Part shown: positions 59,781 through 63,202 of the stretch, one piece after another
Layout of the letters: each line of letters opens with the position of its first letter
Numbering within the stretch: the first letter of the stretch is position 1
Source of the DNA: Acidimicrobiales bacterium
Lineage (GTDB): Bacteria; Actinomycetota; Acidimicrobiia; Acidimicrobiales; VFJN01
DNA length: 63,202 bases
Assembly (NCBI GenBank): GCA_046598715.1
Contig: JBKJIE010000130.1
Span: 1-63,202, forward strand
Direction of reading: 5' to 3'
Made by a program: the position numbers and the translations under genes
The notes under the pieces: generated by a model
Told to the model about the DNA's origin: nothing
The model's input: the letters and a program-made list of their open reading frames with translations, nothing else
The model's database searches: none

Positions 59781-59806
59781 AGTGTATTAGCACTATGGCG
59801 ATAGTG
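59781..59806 (-). promoter_or_regulatory. Leaderless -10 (TACACT) of sufC2-sufS-sufU with adjacent palindrome CACTAT-N4-ATAGTG
   Basis: -10 at 59786-59781, 6 nt before ATG; inverted repeat 59791-59806. Confidence 0.5.
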
Positions 59807-59816
59807 GAAAAGGGGG

Positions 59817-59975
59817 TCAGCGGGCGTCGGGAGACGACGGGGCGTCGCGCAGCCCGTCCTTGAACTCCTTCTGGGCCTTGCCCAGCGAACGGGCCAGCTC
59901 GGGCACCTTCTTGCTGCCGAACATCAGCATCACGACGACCAGGACGATGAGCATTTCGGGTCCACCAAGGTTCAT
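59817..59975 (-). CDS. tatA: Twin-arginine translocase TatA/TatE subunit (52 aa; not in ORF track)
   Basis: MNLGGPEMLIVLVVVMLMFGSKKVPELARSLGKAQKEFKDG. Confidence 0.92.
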   Translation of the reverse strand: MNLGGPEMLIVLVVVMLMFGSKKVPELARSLGKAQKEFKDGLRDAPSSPDAR

Positions 59976-60006
59976 GCCCCCTCTACGGCGCCCGTGCCGG
60001 TGCCGG

Positions 60007-60046
60007 ATGACCGCTACCCGATGACCCCTACCGCATGACCCCTACC
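60007..60046. repeat. 14-bp tandem repeat x3 at the MBL gene 3' end
   Basis: atgaccgctacccg/atgacccctaccgc/atgacccctacc. Confidence 0.75.
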
Positions 60047-60653
60047 AGCCCCGGTCGATCCACTCCTGGAGGTGGGGACGCTCCGCGCCGATGGTCGTGG
60101 GCTTGCCGTGGCCGGGGAGCACCAGCGTGTCGGCCGGGAGCGTGAAGAGGCGGCGGTCGACGGATTCGATGATCGTGGGGAAGTCGCCCCCCTCGAAGGT
60201 GGTGTTGCCCGGCCCGCCAGGGAAGAGCGTGTCGCCGCTGAAGATGACGGGGTGGCCCTCCACGAGGAAGCACATCGATCCCGGCGTGTGGCCCGGTGTG
60301 GCGATCGTGTGGAGCCGCAGTCGGCCCACCTCGATCACCGTGTCGTCCTCGAGCACCTCGTCGTAAGAGGGGAGCATGGCGGCGTCGGCGGCGGTGACGC
60401 CCACCGAGTAGCCGGCGTCGCGCAGCTCGGGGACGGCCTGGATGTGGTCCCAGTGGCCATGGGTCTCGAGCACCCGTCGCACCCCGAGCGTCTTGCAGAG
60501 GTCCAGCAGCAGCTCGTGCTCGTTGGCGGCGTCGAGGAGCACGGCGTCGCCGGTCTCGGTGCAGCGCAAGATGAGCACGTTGTTGTCGACCGGACCCACC
60601 ACCACCTCGTGGATCTCGATTCCAGTGGCGTCCCAGATCAGCGTGTCGGCCAT
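60042..60653 (-). CDS. MBL-fold metallo-hydrolase (glyoxalase II-like)
   Basis: THGHWDH, TPGHTPGS, FSGDTLF, PGHG. Confidence 0.9.
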   Translation of the reverse strand: MADTLIWDATGIEIHEVVVGPVDNNVLILRCTETGDAVLLDAANEHELLLDLCKTLGVRRVLETHGHWDHIQAVPELRDAGYSVGVTAADAAMLPSYDEVLEDDTVIEVGRLRLHTIATPGHTPGSMCFLVEGHPVIFSGDTLFPGGPGNTTFEGGDFPTIIESVDRRLFTLPADTLVLPGHGKPTTIGAERPHLQEWIDRGW

Positions 60654-60665
60654 GCTGACGAGCGT

Positions 60666-61997
60666 ATGCGGACTCGGCTGCGGCGCCTCGATGCACTCGA
60701 TCGGCGCATCCTCGCCATCGCCGTGCCCGCGCTCGGGTCACTGCTGGTTGAGCCCGTGTACGTGCTAACCGACACTGCGGTGGTGGGGCGTCTGGGCACG
60801 GTGCCGCTCGGCGGCCTGGCCCTCGCGTCGACCGTGCTCAACACCCTGGTGTGGGTGTTCAACTTCTTGTCGTACGGCACGACGGTGCGGGTGGCGGTGC
60901 GTCGAGGGCGCGGCGATCCGGCCGGCGCGGCCACCGATGCCCTGCAAGCGCTGTGGCTCGCGGTGGGGATCGGCAGCGTCGTCGCCGCTGGGATCGGGCT
61001 GTGTGCGCCAGCGCTCGTCGGTCTCCTGGGCCACGATGCAGCGGTCGTCGCCCAGGGCGTGACCTACCTGCGCATCAGCGTGGTGGGCGTGCCCTTCCAG
61101 TTCGTGACCATCGCCTGCATCGGCTACCTCTACGGCCTTCCCGACACGAAGCGGCCCTTCGCAGTGCTCGCCGTGGCCACGTCGGCCAACCTCGCCCTCG
61201 AGCTGTTCCTCGTGTTCGGCCTCGACTGGGGCATTGGCGGGAGCGCGTGGGGCACCGTGACGGCGCAGATCCTGAGCGCGGCGATGTTCCTGGCCATCGT
61301 CGTGCCGAGCCTGCGGGCCGATGGCCTGCGGCACCTCAGCGTGGTGCCATCGGTGATGTGGGCCGTGGTGAAGGTGGGTGCGCACCTCGTGCAGCGCACC
61401 GCCTTCCTGCTTGCCACGCTGGCCGTGGCCACTGCGGCGGCCAGTCGCGTCGGAACCGTGCAGCTGGCGGGCCACCAGATCGCCGCTCAGCTCTTCTTGT
61501 TCCTCGCCATCGGGGTCGACATGTTCAAGGTCTCGGGCCAGTCGCTCATCGGGCACGCGCTTGGAGCTCGCCGACCCGACGAGGCGCGTGCCGTCGTCAC
61601 CCACCTCTACGGGTGGGCCTGGCGCGTGGGTCTGCTGCTCACGGTGACGACGTTCGTCGCGTCGCCCCTGCTGCCGCACCTCTTCACCAGCGACCCCGCC
61701 GTGCAGCACACGGCCACGATCGCCTTGGTGGTCTTGGCGGTGATGCAGCTGCCCGCCGCGCTCACCTTCGTGCTCGACGGCGTGCTCATGGGTGCCAACG
61801 ACTTCCGTGACCTGCGTTGGCAGACCACGCTCGCCTTCGCGCTGGTGCTGCCGGTGTTCGTGGCCGTGATGGTCCGTCCGTCGCTCGGGATCGCGACGGT
61901 GTGGCTCGGCATGCTGCTGTGGGTGTGCGTGCGGGCGCTGAAGAACCACCTGCGGGTGCAGGGCGACCGCTGGATGACGAGCGCAGAGTCGGTCTAG
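60666..61997 (+). CDS. MATE family efflux transporter (DinF-like)
   Basis: DRRILAIAVPALGSLLVEP..LTDTAVVGRLG, FNFLSYGTT, LDGVLMGA.D; about 12 TM. Confidence 0.9.
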   Translation: MRTRLRRLDALDRRILAIAVPALGSLLVEPVYVLTDTAVVGRLGTVPLGGLALASTVLNTLVWVFNFLSYGTTVRVAVRRGRGDPAGAATDALQALWLAVGIGSVVAAGIGLCAPALVGLLGHDAAVVAQGVTYLRISVVGVPFQFVTIACIGYLYGLPDTKRPFAVLAVATSANLALELFLVFGLDWGIGGSAWGTVTAQILSAAMFLAIVVPSLRADGLRHLSVVPSVMWAVVKVGAHLVQRTAFLLATLAVATAAASRVGTVQLAGHQIAAQLFLFLAIGVDMFKVSGQSLIGHALGARRPDEARAVVTHLYGWAWRVGLLLTVTTFVASPLLPHLFTSDPAVQHTATIALVVLAVMQLPAALTFVLDGVLMGANDFRDLRWQTTLAFALVLPVFVAVMVRPSLGIATVWLGMLLWVCVRALKNHLRVQGDRWMTSAESV

Positions 61998-62007
61998 GGC
62001 TCGAGGT

Positions 62008-62421
62008 CTAGGCCTCCATCGGGCTGATCACCTCGAAGCCCAGCGCGTCGGCGGCCGGGATCTGCTGGCGGTCGAACGTGAGGTAGCGCACCGGCCCCGG
62101 GAGGCGATCGGCTGCCGCGAGGTGGATGGCGTCGACGATGCGCACGCCGTAGGTGGCGCCGATCTCGACGGCCCGGGCCATGCAGCGATCGTCCATCGGC
62201 ACCACCCAGAACGCCTCCCACTCGTCGCGCAGCTCGCGCCACAGCTGCGTCTGCTGGCGGGCCGTGACCGAAGCGCGGTGCAGCGCGAGCTGTGCCTCCG
62301 TGCGCACCAGCGCCGAGGCGCACCACGCGTCGTCGCCCCCCATGGCGTCGAGCACCACAGACCGATGTCGATCATGCAGGTACCGCCGCACGAGCGCGGA
62401 GGTGTCCACGTACAGCGTCAT
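62008..62421 (-). CDS. vapC: PIN-domain VapC-family toxin
   Basis: LYVDTSALVRRY, RTE, IVDAIHLAAA, LTFD acidic residues. Confidence 0.88.
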   Translation of the reverse strand: MTLYVDTSALVRRYLHDRHRSVVLDAMGGDDAWCASALVRTEAQLALHRASVTARQQTQLWRELRDEWEAFWVVPMDDRCMARAVEIGATYGVRIVDAIHLAAADRLPGPVRYLTFDRQQIPAADALGFEVISPMEA

Positions 62422-62693
62422 CCGCCGCGGACCTCGGTGAGGACGCGGTCGAGGCGGACGTCGACCGCGGCGTCGAGCGCATCCGGTGGGCCCGGGCGGT
62501 CAGCGCGGCGCGGGGGATCGACGAGGCCGGAGGCGGCCAGCTCGTGCAGGGTGGGCGCGCCAGCCGGCTCCAGCGGCCCGAGCTGTGCGACCGGGCGTCC
62601 GTCGACGGTGATCACGACTCGTTCGCCCCCGGCGGCCTGGCGGAGGGCGGCGGCCAGGTTCGACCGCAGCTCGCGGGTGCCGATCGGGTCCAT
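62418..62693 (-). CDS. Phd/YefM-family antitoxin
   Basis: IGTRELRSNLAAALRQAAGGERVVITVDGRPVAQLGP; 4-nt overlap with vapC. Confidence 0.9.
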   Translation of the reverse strand: MDPIGTRELRSNLAAALRQAAGGERVVITVDGRPVAQLGPLEPAGAPTLHELAASGLVDPPRRADRPGPPDALDAAVDVRLDRVLTEVRGG

Positions 62694-62709
62694 GGCGTGA
62701 GTGTACGCT

Positions 62710-62735
62710 CGATGTGTACACGGGTGTACACATCG
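62710..62735. promoter_or_regulatory. Toxin-antitoxin operator palindrome with TGTACA cores
   Basis: CGATGTGTACAC-GG-GTGTACACATCG, perfect 12-bp arms, 16 nt upstream of the antitoxin ATG. Confidence 0.75.
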
Positions 62736-62776
62736 GGGGTGGCGGGGGTGGCGCAGATCTGGCTAGAACCTGGCCC

Positions 62777-63202
62777 ATGAACTTCGCCTTTTCAGAAGAG
62801 CAAGAAGAGCTCCGCCGCATCACCCGCCAGTTCCTCGAGAGCAAGTCGCCCGAGGCCGAGGTCCGTCGCTTGATGGACACCGACGAGGGCTACGACACCA
62901 AGGTCTGGGGCCAGATGGCCAACGAGCTGGGCCTCCAGAGCCTGATCATCCCCGAGGAGTTCGGCGGTCAGGGCTTCACGTTCGTGGAGCTCACCGTGGT
63001 GCTCGAGGAGATGGGCCGGGCCCTGCTGTGCGCTCCCTACTTCTCCTCCGCCGTGCTCGCCACGACCACCCTCCTCCACGCCGGCGACGACGCCGCCAAG
63101 AAGGAGATCCTCCCGGGCATCGCCTCCGGCGACACGATCGCCACCCTCGCCTTCACCGAGCCGAACGGCAAGTGGGACGCCAGCGGCATCGAGGCCACCG
63201 CC
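62777..63202 (+). CDS. Acyl-CoA dehydrogenase family protein, 3' truncated by window edge
   Basis: MNFAFSEEQEELRRITRQFL.., IPEEFGGQG, LEEMGRAL, ATLAFTEP. Confidence 0.9.
   Translation, partial: MNFAFSEEQEELRRITRQFLESKSPEAEVRRLMDTDEGYDTKVWGQMANELGLQSLIIPEEFGGQGFTFVELTVVLEEMGRALLCAPYFSSAVLATTTLLHAGDDAAKKEILPGIASGDTIATLAFTEPNGKWDASGIEATA

Overview
High-GC, gene-dense bacterial chromosome segment. It is probably Actinomycetota, likely Acidimicrobiia; this is inferred from F420-type LLM/PPOX enzymes, an actinobacterial Suf set with a Rieske ferredoxin, pervasive leaderless TANNNT promoters and GAF-ANTAR/STAS genes. It holds about 63 CDS or CDS remnants and one tRNA-Leu(UAA). I saw no rRNA, CRISPR array, integrase or transposase. 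Housekeeping and metabolic content: class I and II fumarases, an apparent lower ethylmalonyl-CoA module (mcd, two CitE-family lyases, MaoC hydratase), two convergent suf operons with duplicated sufC, mutY, tatA, ABC-F, an ABC exporter pair, MATE and a Phd-VapC toxin-antitoxin pair. Most interesting: (1) a 'split CarH/LitR' candidate B12 light-sensing module at 2.3-5.4 kb, with a CarH-type MerR HTH protein carrying a different C-terminal domain, a separate Wx9EH/ExH B12-binding protein, four 11-bp-spaced (T/G)nnACA operator repeats, a divergent anti-sigma-less ECF sigma and a decayed PAS-EAL output; (2) a Liv-type transport operon with an MFS permease fused to both ABC ATPases, sharing a TGACCCGYGGGTCA palindrome with a distant ABC exporter operon; (3) a small islet after the tRNA (SRPBCC, HO-like diiron enzyme, topoisomerase IB, STAS, ANTAR remnants) with a shared SigB/SigF-like promoter; (4) a 4-Cys small protein inside the suf operon; (5) two loop-less perfect 38-bp palindromes. 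All functional calls come from motif recognition by eye; no database searches were run.
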